Assembly (NCBI RefSeq): GCF_963921235.1
Contig: NC_086108.1
Location: 99,946,001 to 100,010,000 of the forward strand
Length of the DNA stretch: 64,000 nucleotides
Direction: 5' to 3'
Source of the DNA: Mobula hypostoma
Lineage: Eukaryota
The notes below the pieces were generated by a model, which saw nothing but the letters and a program-made list of their open reading frames with translations, did no database searches and was not told the DNA's origin. The first letter of the stretch is position 1; each line of letters begins with the position of its first letter. The position numbers were made by a program, and so were the translations under genes. Below, piece by piece: positions 36,263 to 48,862 of the stretch.

Positions 36263-36477
36263 GGCTGGCTGGGGGCGTAGTAGCATCAGCGCCGGACTTT
36301 GGAGCGAAGGCTCCCAAGTTCGAATCCAGCCGGCTCCCTTACACGCTTTCCATCCGTGCTGGGTTGAGCGTTGAGCTAGCAACTCAGACTCGTAAAAATA
36401 AGAAAGCCTGCTAAAAAAACGCCGTCACCACGGCGTCCCGCTGACTCCACTCAGAGTTAAGGGCTTTCTTCTTCTTC
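36263..36477 (+). mobile_element. Young tRNA-derived SINE with RTE-type body and tail
   Basis: A box GGCGTAGTAG, B box AGTTCGAATCC, CpG-rich, (TTC)4 tail, TSD ATTAGACATC (36250-36259 / 36478-36487). Confidence 0.88.
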
Positions 36478-38164
36478 ATTAGACATCCCTATCTTCGGAA
36501 AACATCTCTGATTGTCAACTGTATCTATGCCTCCTTTCATCTTGCACACCTTTGTAATAATATATAATATTATTTTCATAATCACTTTCCTGCAAGTAAC
36601 ATATTGCAGGTCATCTCAACACATTCTTGGCCCAGGTGGGTCCAAACCACAATTAATTCAACATTTTCTTTCATTACTCTTTGTTGTCCCTGCTCCAGAT
36701 GTGTCCACATTTTCCCTTAATTTTAACCTCAAGACCAGCAGACAGCTGCTTTTGCTTCTCCTTGTCTGGTTGCCCCTGACGATCAGCAATGACGAGTTTC
36801 CCCACACTCACGTGGCCCCTAATCTTCCAGGAACGTGCTGCGACCTCTGCTACCCCTGCCAAGATTCAAGTTTGTGTGTCACATGTACGTCGAAACCAAC
36901 AGTGAAATGCATCATTTGCTTTAACAACCAACACAACCTAAGGATGTTTTGGGGGCAAGTATTGCCACACATTCCAGCAACAACATAGCGTTCCCACAAT
37001 GCTTGGCAGAACAACACAGGACACAACAAGCAACAAAACAAGCCCCATTCCTGCTTCCCACCCATTCACATTTACGTCAACCCCAGTTCAGTCAGGCTTG
37101 AAGCTACAGTCTCTAGTGAATGCCTGCAGATACTGGCCGTCAATCACACCACCCCCCACCCCCAACCAGTGGACTCACAGAGATTTGCAGGCTCATTTCT
37201 AGTCAACAAGCCTTGACTTCTGGACTTCCGATTTCTGATTTGTCCTTGGGCCTGCCAGTCACCAAACACCAGACCTCAAAATTAAGAATCACCAATGGGG
37301 GAAACCCGAACACTAGGCCTCGAAGTGGGGTCTCTCTGGTTTGTGAAACCAGGAGTTGTTTTTTGGGGAGCTTTTCATACTGTTGTGTTCAGATGTTCAG
37401 ATTAGTTCATTGTTACATACACCAGGATGCAAAAAAAATTATTTGCTCATGCATAACTCACAGAGTAGAGCGCACATGTCATTGATAAATACAGAAACAA
37501 GTGCATAAACAATGAAATAGTGCAAATTACTGTCATGAAAACTGAGGTAGTGTGGAAAGAAGTGAAGTGACATTAAAGTTCAAAGTAAATTTATTATCAA
37601 TGTACTTATATGTCACCACATACTACCTTGAGATTCAATTCTTTGCTGGCATTCATAGTAGATAGAAAGAAGCACGATGCAATCAATGAAACGCTATACA
37701 CAAAGACAGGCCAGCAACCAGCGTGCAAAATAAAATTAAGTGAATGAAATTAAGGGTTCAAGAACATGGCAATGCACCAGGAAAGTGGGGGGGGGGGGTG
37801 TGAAGGAAGTGATTGGTTCAGAAGTCTGTTAGCAGTGGGCAAGAATCTGTTCTTGAGTCTGGTTGTCTAGGTTGTCAAGCTCCTGTATGTCCTAGAAGGT
37901 AGAAGAGAGAAAAGGGAATGCTAGAGTGGTGGGCATTCTTGAATATACCACCAGCCATCCCAAAGCAATTTTGTGAAGATGGACTTGATAGAAGGGAGTG
38001 ACGAAATTCTGAGAACTGGGCAGTGTTGACTGCTCTCTGCATGTCCCTTCTGTGGAGAACAGAGCAGTTTGCATACCATGCTGACACGTATCCTGCTGGT
38101 CTACAGCTGGGAGCCTTTGCACCCCGAATAATATCACTCTCGTCAGATGTCCCCACACAAGGAC

Positions 38165-38455
38165 AATGGTAGCACAGCAGTCAGCACATCCCTTTACAGT
38201 GCCTGCTGTGAGACTGGGGGGGAATTCCTGCTGTTGACTGTATGTACTTTCTCCCCGTGTCCCTGTGAGTTTCCTCAGGGTGCCGTGTTTCCTCTCACAT
38301 TCCAAAGATGCACATTTATGGGTGATGAGTTTGTGGGCGTGCTATGTTGGTGCTGGAAGCATACACTTGCAGCACAATCCTCGCTGATTTGGTTTGACGT
38401 AAATAATGATTTCACTGTACGTTTTGATGTACATGTGACAGGTAAAGCTAATCCT
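38165..38455 (+). mobile_element. V-domain SINE, tail type 2
   Basis: TCTCCCCGTGTCCCTGTGAGTTTCCTCAGGGTGC...CACATTCCAAAGA; tail TTTCACTGTACGTTTTGATGTACATGTGACAGGTAAAGCTAATC. Confidence 0.75.
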
Positions 38456-39904
38456 GTAAAAAATGGAGAAAAAAGCTAATACATTGCTGGAGATTATCAA
38501 TTTTTCTCCCTGATAGTGAATGTAAGACGTCCTACTACAGGTAGCGAAAGCACCATAAAGGTCAGGACATCACAGGGAATTGGGACTCATGGAGATCTTT
38601 ACAACCCCCTTACTTGGTGCAAAGAAAGAAAGTGCCCTCCTCCTCCTCTTCCTGATGATACTCCCTGGAGAAAATGAATGGCAAGTATTCATAGGAGGGA
38701 GGGAGGAAGGGATAAATTAAATCAATAAATTAAATCACTTCCCAGGCAATTGGTTGACTCATTATAGAGCCTAATGGCCAAGGGTAAGAATGACCTCAAA
38801 TAGCGCTCTTTGGAGCAGCTCAGTTGTCTACGCTGACTATTCAGTGACCATTCAGTATGTGTTGATTGTTCATCAGAGTCATTTACAATCTGAGTTCCTG
38901 CAAGACAGCTAAAAGACAGGGAGGCAACTTGATTGAAGCATACGGCAAATTGGTTTTAATATTGTCATGTGCTATGGCACAGTGAAAAACTTGTTTTGCA
39001 GACCGTTCATACAGATCAGTTCATTACAACAGCACATCCCTGAGGGCTCTTGACATTTCGGCTTGAGCCCTCAGGGGTGGTAGAATCTAAAATTTGGGTG
39101 TGGAGAGATCATTGTTTAAGAACAAGTTGTCACCACTTCATCCAGAGATGGGGATTATTTTTTTTAAAACCTTTCACAGCCACACAAATTTTTTGAACTT
39201 TCTTTATACTGTATATTTGAATATTTTTAAGATAAAGGGGTAAAGATTTTTGACAAGAAGATGGTGAAAGGTTAATATGGATAGACCAGAATGCAGAGCT
39301 GAGGTTAAAATCAGATCATTCCTGGTCATATTAAATGGCAGAGCAAGTGTAAGGAGACAGGTAACTCACTCCTTAAAGCAAGCCCTCTCTCCTGACAAGA
39401 TAGCCTCTCTCTGCACTCCTTCTGTCCCTTTTATGGGTCTCCCATTCACCAACACTGATGGCCTGGCTTCTTGCCCAGCTTTGGAGGCCCCTCTCCTGCC
39501 CCAACCCCTTATCTTATCCAGTCATCCCTCCAGACTCTGACAGAGGCCTTCTATCACAACTTTTCCCTCCTCCCTGTCCACTATCTCTGAAACTGAAATC
39601 TATCCAGGTCAAGACACCATATTCAATAAACCCTTCACATCCGGCATCACAATAGTTTTAGTTTCTTCAACAAACATGGACATCCCATGAACTTTAGGTT
39701 TACACAACTCTCCTCACTTCCATCCCACCAAAACTCTCAAGAAATAGGAGAAGTATTCCACTCATGAATATGGCCATTCATCCCCTCTTTCTGTGTTGTT
39801 CTTCTGAATTTTAAAACTTTATTTAAAACTTCCATCCATCCCACAAAGTGAGGAAGTAAAAAATCTTTGTGTTATGACTCCATTGCAATGTAGAGCCGTG
39901 TGAA

Positions 39905-40820
39905 TTTATAAGTCTAATGGCTTGTAGGAAGAAGCTGTCCCATGGCCTGTTGGTCCTGGCTTTAATTCTGTGGTACTGTTTGCCAGACAGAAGCAGCACA
40001 GTTTATGGTTGGGGTGACTGGTGTCCCCAGTGATCTTCCAGGCTTCCTTTACGCACCTGCTGCTATAAATGTCCTCAGTGGAAGGAAGTTCACATCCACA
40101 GATGAGCTGGGCTGTCCATACCACTCTCTGCAGTGCCCAGTGATCAAGGTTAGTGCAGTTTCCTTTCCAGGCAGTGATACAGCCAGTCAGGATGCTCTCA
40201 ATGGTGTCCTTGTAGAAGGTCTTGAAGAACTGGGGGCTCATGCCGAAATTCTTCAGTTGCCTGCGGTAGAAGAGATGCTGTTGTGCTTTTTTTAACCACA
40301 CAGCCGGTGTGTACGGACTAGGTGAGATCTTTGGTGATGTGCATGCCGAGGAACTTGAAGCTACTCACCGTCAACTGCAGTCCCATTGATGTTGATAGGG
40401 GCAAGCCAGTCTCCGTTCCTTCTGTAATCCACTATCAGGTCTTTTGTTTTTTGGACATTGACATTGAGGGAGAGGTTGCTATCTTTGCACCTCTGTGTCA
40501 TGGTGTCAACCTCTCCTCTGTAGGCTGTCTTATCACCACTAGAAATAAGGCCGATCAATGTCATCTGCAAATTTGATCGGCAGATTGGAGCTGTGCGTGG
40601 CAACACAGTCGTAGGTGTAAAGGGAGTAGAGGAGGGGACTCAGGACACAACCCTAGGGGGCACCTGTGTTGAGGGTCAGAGGGGTAAAGGTGAAGGAGCC
40701 CATCCTTACCATCGGTGATCCGAAAGGAAGTCTAGGATCCAGCTGCATGAGGCAGGTGCAAGCTGAGCTCTCTGAGCTTCCTGTCAAGTCTGGAGGGAAT
40801 TACGGTGTTGAATGCTGAAC
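39905..40820 (-). mobile_element. Rex1/Babar-like LINE fragment (RT to C-terminus, disrupted)
   Basis: TGAP.GCVLSPLLYSLYTYDCVA, IGLIS.GD.TAYR.EV, KTKDLIVDYRR and KKAQQHLF..RQLK.FG motifs. Confidence 0.87.
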
Positions 40821-41164
40821 AATGCTGAGCATTGTGTGCATGTTATGTTGACCCCAGAATGTGTTGCGATTTTTGCAGGCTATCCCCAGCTCATCCTCGG
40901 TTGTTTTGGTTGTTATTGTAAATGGCACATTTCACTGTATTTTTCAATGTATACAATAAACATGAATCTTGAATCTTGAAACTTCTACCTTAAGCACCTA
41001 TTTTCTGGTTTATCCCATATCTTTTTTCACTCTTCTAATATCCAGAATTCGATGTAATCAGAGTCCGAGCTTCTACAGTTGAGCGGGCTAAAGAATTCCA
41101 AAGATTTACTGTCCTTTGAATTTTAAAAAAATCCTTTATGTTTCAGTCTTAAATTACTTAATCC

Positions 41165-41310
41165 ATACTCACAACACGCTGGAGGAACTCAGCAGGTCGG
41201 GCAGCATCCGTGGAAACGATGAGTCGACGTTTCAGGCCGGAACCCTTCGTCAGGACTGAAGAGGAAAGGGGCAGAGGCCCTATAAAGAAGGTGGGGGTGG
41301 GTTGGAAGGA
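41165..41310 (-). mobile_element. Penelope-derived pLTR fragment
   Basis: ACAACACGCTGGAGGAACTCAGCAGGTCGGGCAGCATC...; CpG-rich, same subfamily as 44411-44608. Confidence 0.85.
41222..41257 (-). ncRNA. Minimal type I hammerhead ribozyme motif (intact core)
   Basis: AGTC CTGACGA A GGGTTCCGGCCT GAAA CG TC GACT. Confidence 0.78.
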
Positions 41311-42759
41311 GGCCTGGGGAAACATCTTCCCCATATCCATCCCGTGGAACCTTCTGAGGATTTTGTACATTTCAACGGTAAAGAATTTAACCCTGGCCCA
41401 AGATTGCCCAAGGGATTTAGAGAACAGTTAAACATCTAGATGTCCATGAGGAACTCTGGCTTGGGGGAGGAGTGCATGGATTGGAGAGATAGAAGAATAC
41501 CTGATAGCTAGTGTGATGATTGAGGAGTTGGGCATTTGAACTAGGGAGGCCAAGACCTGATGGAAAAAGAGGTGAGAGGTAGGACAGAGGACAGGGTGGG
41601 TGCATTGGTGACAAGCAACTTTTCAACACTGTTGGCTGTTCCATGGATGGGAGAAAGGGGATCTTAATCTCGCATTTCACTAATTGTTCTCAGAAAGATA
41701 GGCCAAACACCCCTGCAATGCTCCAGAAGGTTGATGTCATGGAAAATGAGATCATTCACACACCTCTGGTGCAGGTCACGACTGGGCACAGCTGATTTAT
41801 AACCAGAAGAGCCCGATCAAATTATCGAGAGAAACAATGATGGTCACCATATCACTTCACTCCAGAAAACAAAACATAAAGAACTGATTTTCAGTTGCAT
41901 AACACTGAAGAGTAACTTTGCTGGGCAACCTACACTAGATGCTGAAGAAACCTAACAAGTCAGGTAGCATCTACGGAGAGGAATGAACAGTCGACATCTT
42001 AGGACGAGGCCCTTCATCGAAAAAGTAACTGCGCTGGGTGACTGAATTTTGAGGCGATATTTTTATCCTTGCAGCTTGACAAACATCCATTAAGTGAAAT
42101 TCTTTTCCCTGCTCTTTCAGCAGCATCTCTGGGGGTACCATAGCAGAGTGCTTCAGTTACTAGTGTAGCATTCTGAGGCCTGAGCTGTTGATCTGGATTC
42201 ATGTTGAAGTTGTGCTGTGGTAACGAGGGAATTAAATTCTATAATTAATTAAACAGAATGAAAAGCCAGCATCTGTAATGGTGACTGGATTATCTTAATA
42301 CTAATGCCCGCTCTGTCATTAAGATGCCCTGCCTTTGCTGTATCTCTTTCTTCTGCTGATAATATCATTTGTACATTGCTTCTGCCCCAACCTTCTCGCT
42401 CTTCAACATCCTCCCGCCACCATGCCCAACTGACCCAAATCTTTCTGACCCTAATCCACTCAGAGGGCCTCTGTGTTATTTCTGTGCACTGACTAATCTG
42501 CTTCAATGTCTTCATCTCTGTTTTATTAACTACCCAGTAAGTCTGCCCTATTTTGTTTTCATCCCACCCTGTACCCTTGTTTCCTTTCCCCCATCCCAAA
42601 GAAACACTGTAATCTTGTCTTATAAGAATTTCTTTCAAAACCACCTCACTTTAAAATCTCTAACAAAAATCTGATTTGAGGTCCCCTCCCACACCGCCAA
42701 CCCCCCACTCTAGGCATTCTATCATTGCTGTCTTGCAGTGACTTTTTTATGTATTTGAG

Positions 42760-43700
42760 TACTGCAGCAAATTGCAGGTTGCCCCTGTAATAAATTCAGG
42801 AGAGTTAATAGCAGCTTGCTGGAAGTGAGGGGAAGCTGGAAGGTAGGCTTTTAGCGATGAGATACTACAAGGGGTCAGAGTTACCTTAATGTGCTGGCGG
42901 GCCAACTCAACTAAATAGCTGTTAAGTTCCTTACCTGGCTAGGGATTTGTTGTTCCATTACCGGAGGGCAAAATGGGAGGAATTGTCTGAACTAAGTTGC
43001 AATTAGCCAGCACTGACTGAAGCTGGCACCAGCTAACTTGGAATATTGAAGGGAAAGGCCTGTAATCAGCCATCGGTCATGTAGAACAATGCATAAAATT
43101 AAATTGACATTAATGAATAATTGTGTAATGAAAATGGAAGAGGAGAGTTAATTGCATGTTACAGCAAGTGTAATGCCCAGATAACCTTCCATTTAATGCT
43201 ATTCTTAGCCCCACTGCCAAGACTTTCAGAGTCGCACTCAGCAGGAAGTCATTAAAACTGTGAGTAGATAATATAGGGGTTGGTGAAATCTAGCTGGCAA
43301 CACTAAAACAAGGGACTCTTTCATACTTTCTTTGTACACTGAGTACACTAGTCTAATTTCTACAGTTAAGCGAAAAAAAAAGGGAAGTGCGTATTGCCAG
43401 TAATTCATTAGCTTTCACAGCCTTCAAGCCGGGATTGATGACGATTAATTTTCTTCTTTTTGAGACAGGAACTTTAAAACTTACAGCACCTTTAATTCTC
43501 GGGTCTTTTGCGAGCTCAAGAATTCTTAAAGCATCAATGCGTCCCTGTTATAATTCTGCTAATTACTTCAGTTTATGTATGCATCTGTTAAAAGATGATC
43601 TCACCATGTTAGAGCCCAATAAGCTACTTATTGGTGGCCTCAAGACTTGGATCCCTTGATGGTTTACAAAAGTACAGATATGTTATTGATCATTAGAAGC
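42760..43700. promoter_or_regulatory. Candidate conserved non-coding element / enhancer island
   Basis: Repeat-free; core 43060-43320 is dense in TAAT/ATTA, AACAATG (Sox) and TGACA (Meis/TALE) motifs; conservation not verifiable here. Confidence 0.55.
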
Positions 43701-44010
43701 TTGATCCTATAGCTTTAACATCTCAAATCTCCCTTACAGGTCAAACAACTACTTAGGATAAGCTTTCCAATCCTCCACTATTGGCGTGGATTCTCCAGGA
43801 ATTAGGCTAAGCCTTGGAATACTCATGAGGAGAACCCCGGAGAGAAAAAAACACACAGGAAATTGGAAAAAAATGCTTGTTTACCAGCTGGACAAATTCC
43901 AAATCTGTAGGAAAGCAATGGGCAAAACTGGGCTGTAGAGAGGCAAAATGATACATGTAATAGAGGCTACTGTAACACAGTTCCAGGGACCTGGGTTCAA
44001 TCCTGCCTTC

Positions 44011-44045
<35 letters not shown>

Positions 44046-44410
44046 TGATGTTGCACATTATTCCTATGACTGTCTGATATTCCTTCAGATGCTCCAGTTT
44101 TTTGCCACATACCCCAGGCATGCAGATTGGTAGTTTAATTATCCGTTAGATCGTAAGACATAAGACATAGGAGCAGAATTAGACCACTTGCCCTTTGAGC
44201 CTGCTCTGCCATTCCAGCATGACTGACTTATCATCCCTCTCAACCTCATTCTTCTGACTTCTCCCTGTAACCAATCAACCTCCACTTTAAATATATCCAA
44301 CGACTTAGCCTCCACAGCTGTCTGTGGCAATGAATTCCAGAAGTCCACCATTCTCTGGCTAGAGAAATTCCTCTTCATCTTTGCTATAAAGGGACATCCT
44401 TCTATTAGAG

Positions 44411-44608
44411 AACACAAAATAATCTGCAGATGCTGTGATCAAAGCAACACTTACAGTACGCTGGATGAACTCAGCAGGTCGGGCAGCATCAGTGGAAATG
44501 ATGAGTCGATGTTTCGGGCCTGACAAAGGGTTCCGGCCCGAAACGTTGACTTATCGTTTCCACTGATGCTGCCCGACCTGCTGAGTTCATCCAGCGTACT
44601 GTAAGTGT
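44411..44608. mobile_element. Palindromic (inverted pLTR) Penelope-derived insertion
   Basis: 75-bp arms 44446-44520 / 44535-44609 with 4 mismatches and a 14-bp spacer; TSD TCCTTCTATTAGAG (44397-44410) / TCCTTCTATGAGAG (44609-44622). Confidence 0.92.
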
Positions 44609-45224
44609 TCCTTCTATGAGAGAGTAGATGAGTGATAGAATTTGGTTGGTGGGGGGTGTGTGTTAGGAAACTGATGTGAATGGGTGTGGAGGTGAATTTG
44701 GGATACAAAGGAAATTAGAGTGGATAAGGGATTGCTCTGTGAGCCAGCATAGATTTGATGGGCTGAAATGGCCTCCTTCTGTTAAAGGCAAGGACCCTTC
44801 ATTCAGGTTGACTTGTGAATGATGTAAGTACGCAGATATATCGCTGTGTCTCTCCCCAACATTATAGTCATCTGGAATCCATGGAGTTCTACAATGCTGG
44901 CCTGGCTCCTCATCTCTCTACCATTACCTTCAGCTCCCTAGGCCCTAAACTCTGAAATTCCCTCTCCTGCTATATATAGACATATATATGTAGACATTTA
45001 CAGCAGAGGTTGAAAGGTTCTTGATTAGTCAGGGCTTCAAAGATTATGAGGAGAAGGCAGGAGAATGGTGTTAAGAAGGATAATAAATCAGTCATGATGG
45101 AATGGTGGAGCAGACTAAATGGGCTGAATGGCCCAATTCTGCTCTTATATCTTACGGTCCGATGGTCTAACTCTCTCTCATTACGGATAAAGCCCTCCCT
45201 TCTATTGAACACAAAAGCAAAGAG

Positions 45225-45700
45225 TGGTGTTGCAGGAAAGCAGCACCTATCATCGAGGTCCCCCATCACCCAGGGCATGCTCTCTTCTTGCTGCTGCCAT
45301 CAGGAAGGAGGTACAGAAGCCTCAGGACTCACGCCACCAGGTTCAGAAACAGTTATTACCCTTCAAACATCAGTCTCTTGAGCCAATGGGGATAACTTCA
45401 GTCAACTTTACACCCCCCCCCCACAAAATGGAATTGTTCCCATAACCTATGAACCCACTTTCAAGGACTCTTTATCTCATGTTCTCGATATTTATTGGTT
45501 ATTTATTTATTATTATTATTATTTTGGTTTTCTTTTCTTTCCTTCTTCTTGTATTTTGCACATTGGTTGTTTGTCCTTCTTGCCGTATGCAATTTTTCTA
45601 TGGTGTTTCTTTCTATCTACTGTAAATGCCCGCAAGAAAATAAATCTCAGGGTGTTATACGCTGGCATATACGAACTTTGATAAAAGATTGAACTTTGAA
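45225..45700 (+). mobile_element. Rex1/Babar-like 3' fragment
   Basis: HHPGHALFLLLPSGRRYRSLRTHATRFRNSYYPS motif and GAACTTTGAA tail. Confidence 0.82.
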
Positions 45701-45829
45701 GATGCCCCATGAACCAAACTGAGCAGTCCGATTGTTGTTCTGCACGGATTTTATTCACTCTGCCCATGGAAAAGATGCCTGGGAAGGTGCTATATTAATG
45801 TAGATTGCATAGCTGGGAGATGCTATTCA

Positions 45830-46620
45830 ATTTGCTTTCTCCCTCAGTGTTTTATCTCACAGGGTGAAAATAAAGGCGAGGTACTTTCTGCTAAGTGCAA
45901 TAATTAAAACTCTAACAGGATGTTGAGAAGGCATTTGATTGTCAGTGGCCATATAATCTGTTTTACAGCCACTGTAATCACAGCAGGAAGGAATGCATGG
46001 CTTGTTGTTGATTGTTTTTACTTTGGGTGCTGCTTTTTGGCTCAGAGGAGAGGATGGGAGCGGGGAGGTAGTGGTGGGGAGGGGGAGCTTTCTTCCCCCT
46101 CATTGCCAGTGTTATTTTGGCCGTAAACAGAAATTTCTCTATCAGCCTGATTGAAGCGAAAGCACTTACTCTTTCAACACTGACACTTTCTCGCGGCTTT
46201 GCACAAAAGAGGCTGTTTGGAGTCAGGAAATTGCTGCTCATTCTGACAGCAAGCACCAGACTGTAATGTCCATTAGGGAGGGTATGACCAGCAATTACTG
46301 CCACAAATGAATAGACAGAGTCTGGCTGGGTCTAAACAGTAGCAGTGACATTAGTGCTGTATTCCAGCTAAATTAAAAGAATACCTCTGCAAAGACATTA
46401 CAAGAATTAATTAGTTCAGAGCGAAAATGGACTCATTAATGACTTTATAGGTGAACCAGGGAGATGGTCCTTGGTGCAATTAGACATTGAGATGAGTTAC
46501 GCCAGCGACTGAAAGCATGTTTCCACTTGCTCGCGGTGCCAAAGTGGGGTAATCCAGGCTGTGCGTCTGCACAGCGAGCCACAAACATTCCACTCCGTTT
46601 CTGCTGCAGCTGGAGCGGGC
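45830..46620. promoter_or_regulatory. Candidate conserved non-coding element island
   Basis: Repeat-free; TGATTGTCAG, GTAAACA, TGACAG and TTAATTAG motifs. Confidence 0.45.
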
Positions 46621-46639
46621 ACGAGGCAGTTCCTGCTTC

Positions 46640-47195
46640 TGATCAGTGAGTGCATCCTCGTGTCAGCCATTACCGTCTGGTTTGATGCAATGGACGAAAA
46701 CTACAGAGAGCTATCAGGTCAGCAGGAAAGGTCGTTGGCTGCGGTCTACCATCACTGCAGGACTTGTGTGTCCAGGACAAAGAAGCCGGCAGGAAAAAAA
46801 TCACCAAGCAAACTGCCTTTCCCAAAAGCTCCCTTCTGGAAAGTGCTATAGGGCTACTAAAACAAAAGCTTCACGCCATCTTAAAAGTTTCTTCCCCCAG
46901 GCAGTTAACCTGATCAATCATTCTAGTTGAATGAACCCACCGCCTCTATATTACCTCTGTCACTGCGCTGCACTGTAAACACTTGAAATCATTTTTATAA
47001 TGCTGTTTACATTTTAAAACCATGCTGCTATGTATGTACTTATACAGATTTAATTCGGTACTTCTGACTATATTTTGATGTAATTCTTTATTCTGTATAA
47101 TTGTTGAAGGTTATCGATTATTGTTGCAAGTCACACTGCCACACCACAGCAATCTCCTAACACGTGTAAATGTTTACGGTGAATAAAGTTGGTCC
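46640..47195 (+). mobile_element. Rex1/Babar-like 3' fragment
   Basis: ISECILVSAITVWF and QKLPSGKCYRATKTKASRHLKSFFPQAVNLIN motifs, AATAAA tail. Confidence 0.8.
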
Positions 47196-48689
47196 TTCAA
47201 GTATGGAGCTGGAGACCAGGCTGCTGAGCTAAACTGTTGTTCTGGCAGGGCTGGAGAGTGGAAAACAGGTTGCAGGGTCAATGTGCCCTCTGTGTGTTTG
47301 TCATGTACTCCAGTTCCGCACTGATCTGCTCACACCCAGGTAATGGGTTTTATGACTCAATGGCAGCATCCATTCCAATCAATCTACCATGCACCTTCAC
47401 CTCATGGAGGAAGTCCATGTGACAGCAGTGAGTAGAGCCAAATGGCTCGCAGTGCCGGAGGCCAAGGTTCAGGCCTAACCTCGGGTCTCGTCTCAGTGGA
47501 GTTCACATATTCTCCTGGTGCTTGTGTGGGATTCTTCCAGGTGCTCTCCTTTCCTTTCACATCCCAAAGATGAGCATGTGGACAGGTGAATTATCTCTGT
47601 CTCTAGTGTGTAGGTGAGTGGTAGAATCTTGGAAGTAGGTGTGGAGAATCCAATTGTATAACACACAATTAGTATAAAAATAGGTTGATGCAAACTTGAA
47701 GGGCCAAATAGCCTGTTTACATGTGGTTTCTCTCTTTGTGAGCAACTCTGCCGCCAAATAGTGATCTTTCCACTGAGAGTATTCCATATCATCAATTTCC
47801 CCACTCCATAGGACATGCTAGCAAAGGGCTTCCATTATATGCTTCACCCCGGGGGCCAGCATTCGATTGTTCTGAATGGCCTTCTTCCCTGCCTCTGTTC
47901 TTCCATTTCATATTCCCTCCGATGTCGTTTGATCAAAACTTACTGAGGGTCTTCTGCAGGCCTTAGTTTCCAAAAGCTTCTAGATTGAGGTCTTGTCTTG
48001 TTGTAACCTTCTGCCCTCATATACAACTTACTGAGAATCATTGGTTAGAACCTCACTTAGTTACTGGGCTTCCTTAGCGCTTGGCCAATACCACTGAGCT
48101 GGCCTCCATGTCTCCATTTTGTGGGAAGTCGACTTCCATATTTCCTTATGACACAGAAGGAAAGCATTTCTGCACATCTATCCCTTCTCTTCTCTCACCT
48201 TTGTCGGAATAGGCAAATGCTTGAAATCACAGACCATTAAACTCAAGGTGCCACCCCAATGCCATAAGACTTTTGAACGGACCTCTTATACGAGAAAATG
48301 AGCTCTAGATTTCACAAAGGCCTTTCACCTTATTGGCTACCTACACTACACTTCCTCTGTACCTGTAACACTTCATTCCGCATTTGCTACTGACTTTGTA
48401 TTACCTTAATGTACTGTTTTGAAATGGTCTGATGCTGGCATGCATAGTCTAATATCTCAGGGCAGCGTTTCAGTATTAAGAGATGTCCCTTAAAGCTGTG
48501 ATGAAGAGTAATTACTTCAGGCAGAGGGTGGTGATTCAGTGGAACTCATTGTCACAGATAGCGGTGGAGGCCAAGTCATTGGGTGTAGAAACAGGTACTA
48601 ACCTTCAACCATCAGGCTCTTGAACCAAAGGGTATAACTTCACTCAACTTCATTTGCTCCCACAACCTACAGACTCTTTATCTCAAACA

Positions 48690-48862
48690 TGCTTCATCTA
48701 TCGCCTAGTGTTTCTCTCTGCCCTCCCCCACCTTTCAAATCTACTCGTCAGCTTTTTTTCCTCCAGTCCTGCCAAAGAGTTTTGGCCAGAAACATCGACT
48801 GTGCTCTTCTCTATAGATGCTGCCTGGCCTGCTGAGTTCCTCCAGCATTTTGTGTGTGTTGA
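48690..48862 (+). mobile_element. Penelope-derived pLTR fragment with decayed hammerhead (48765-48800), nested in a Rex1-type 3' UTR
   Basis: AGTC CTGCCAA A GAGTTTTGGCCA GAAA CA TC GACT followed by GATGCTGCCTGGCCTGCTGAGTTCCTCCAGCATTTTGTGTGTGTTG. Confidence 0.8.

Noticed and set aside
36263..36335. Functional tRNA gene
   Set aside because: A/B boxes continue into a SINE body with a (TTC)n tail and TSD; treated as a SINE head
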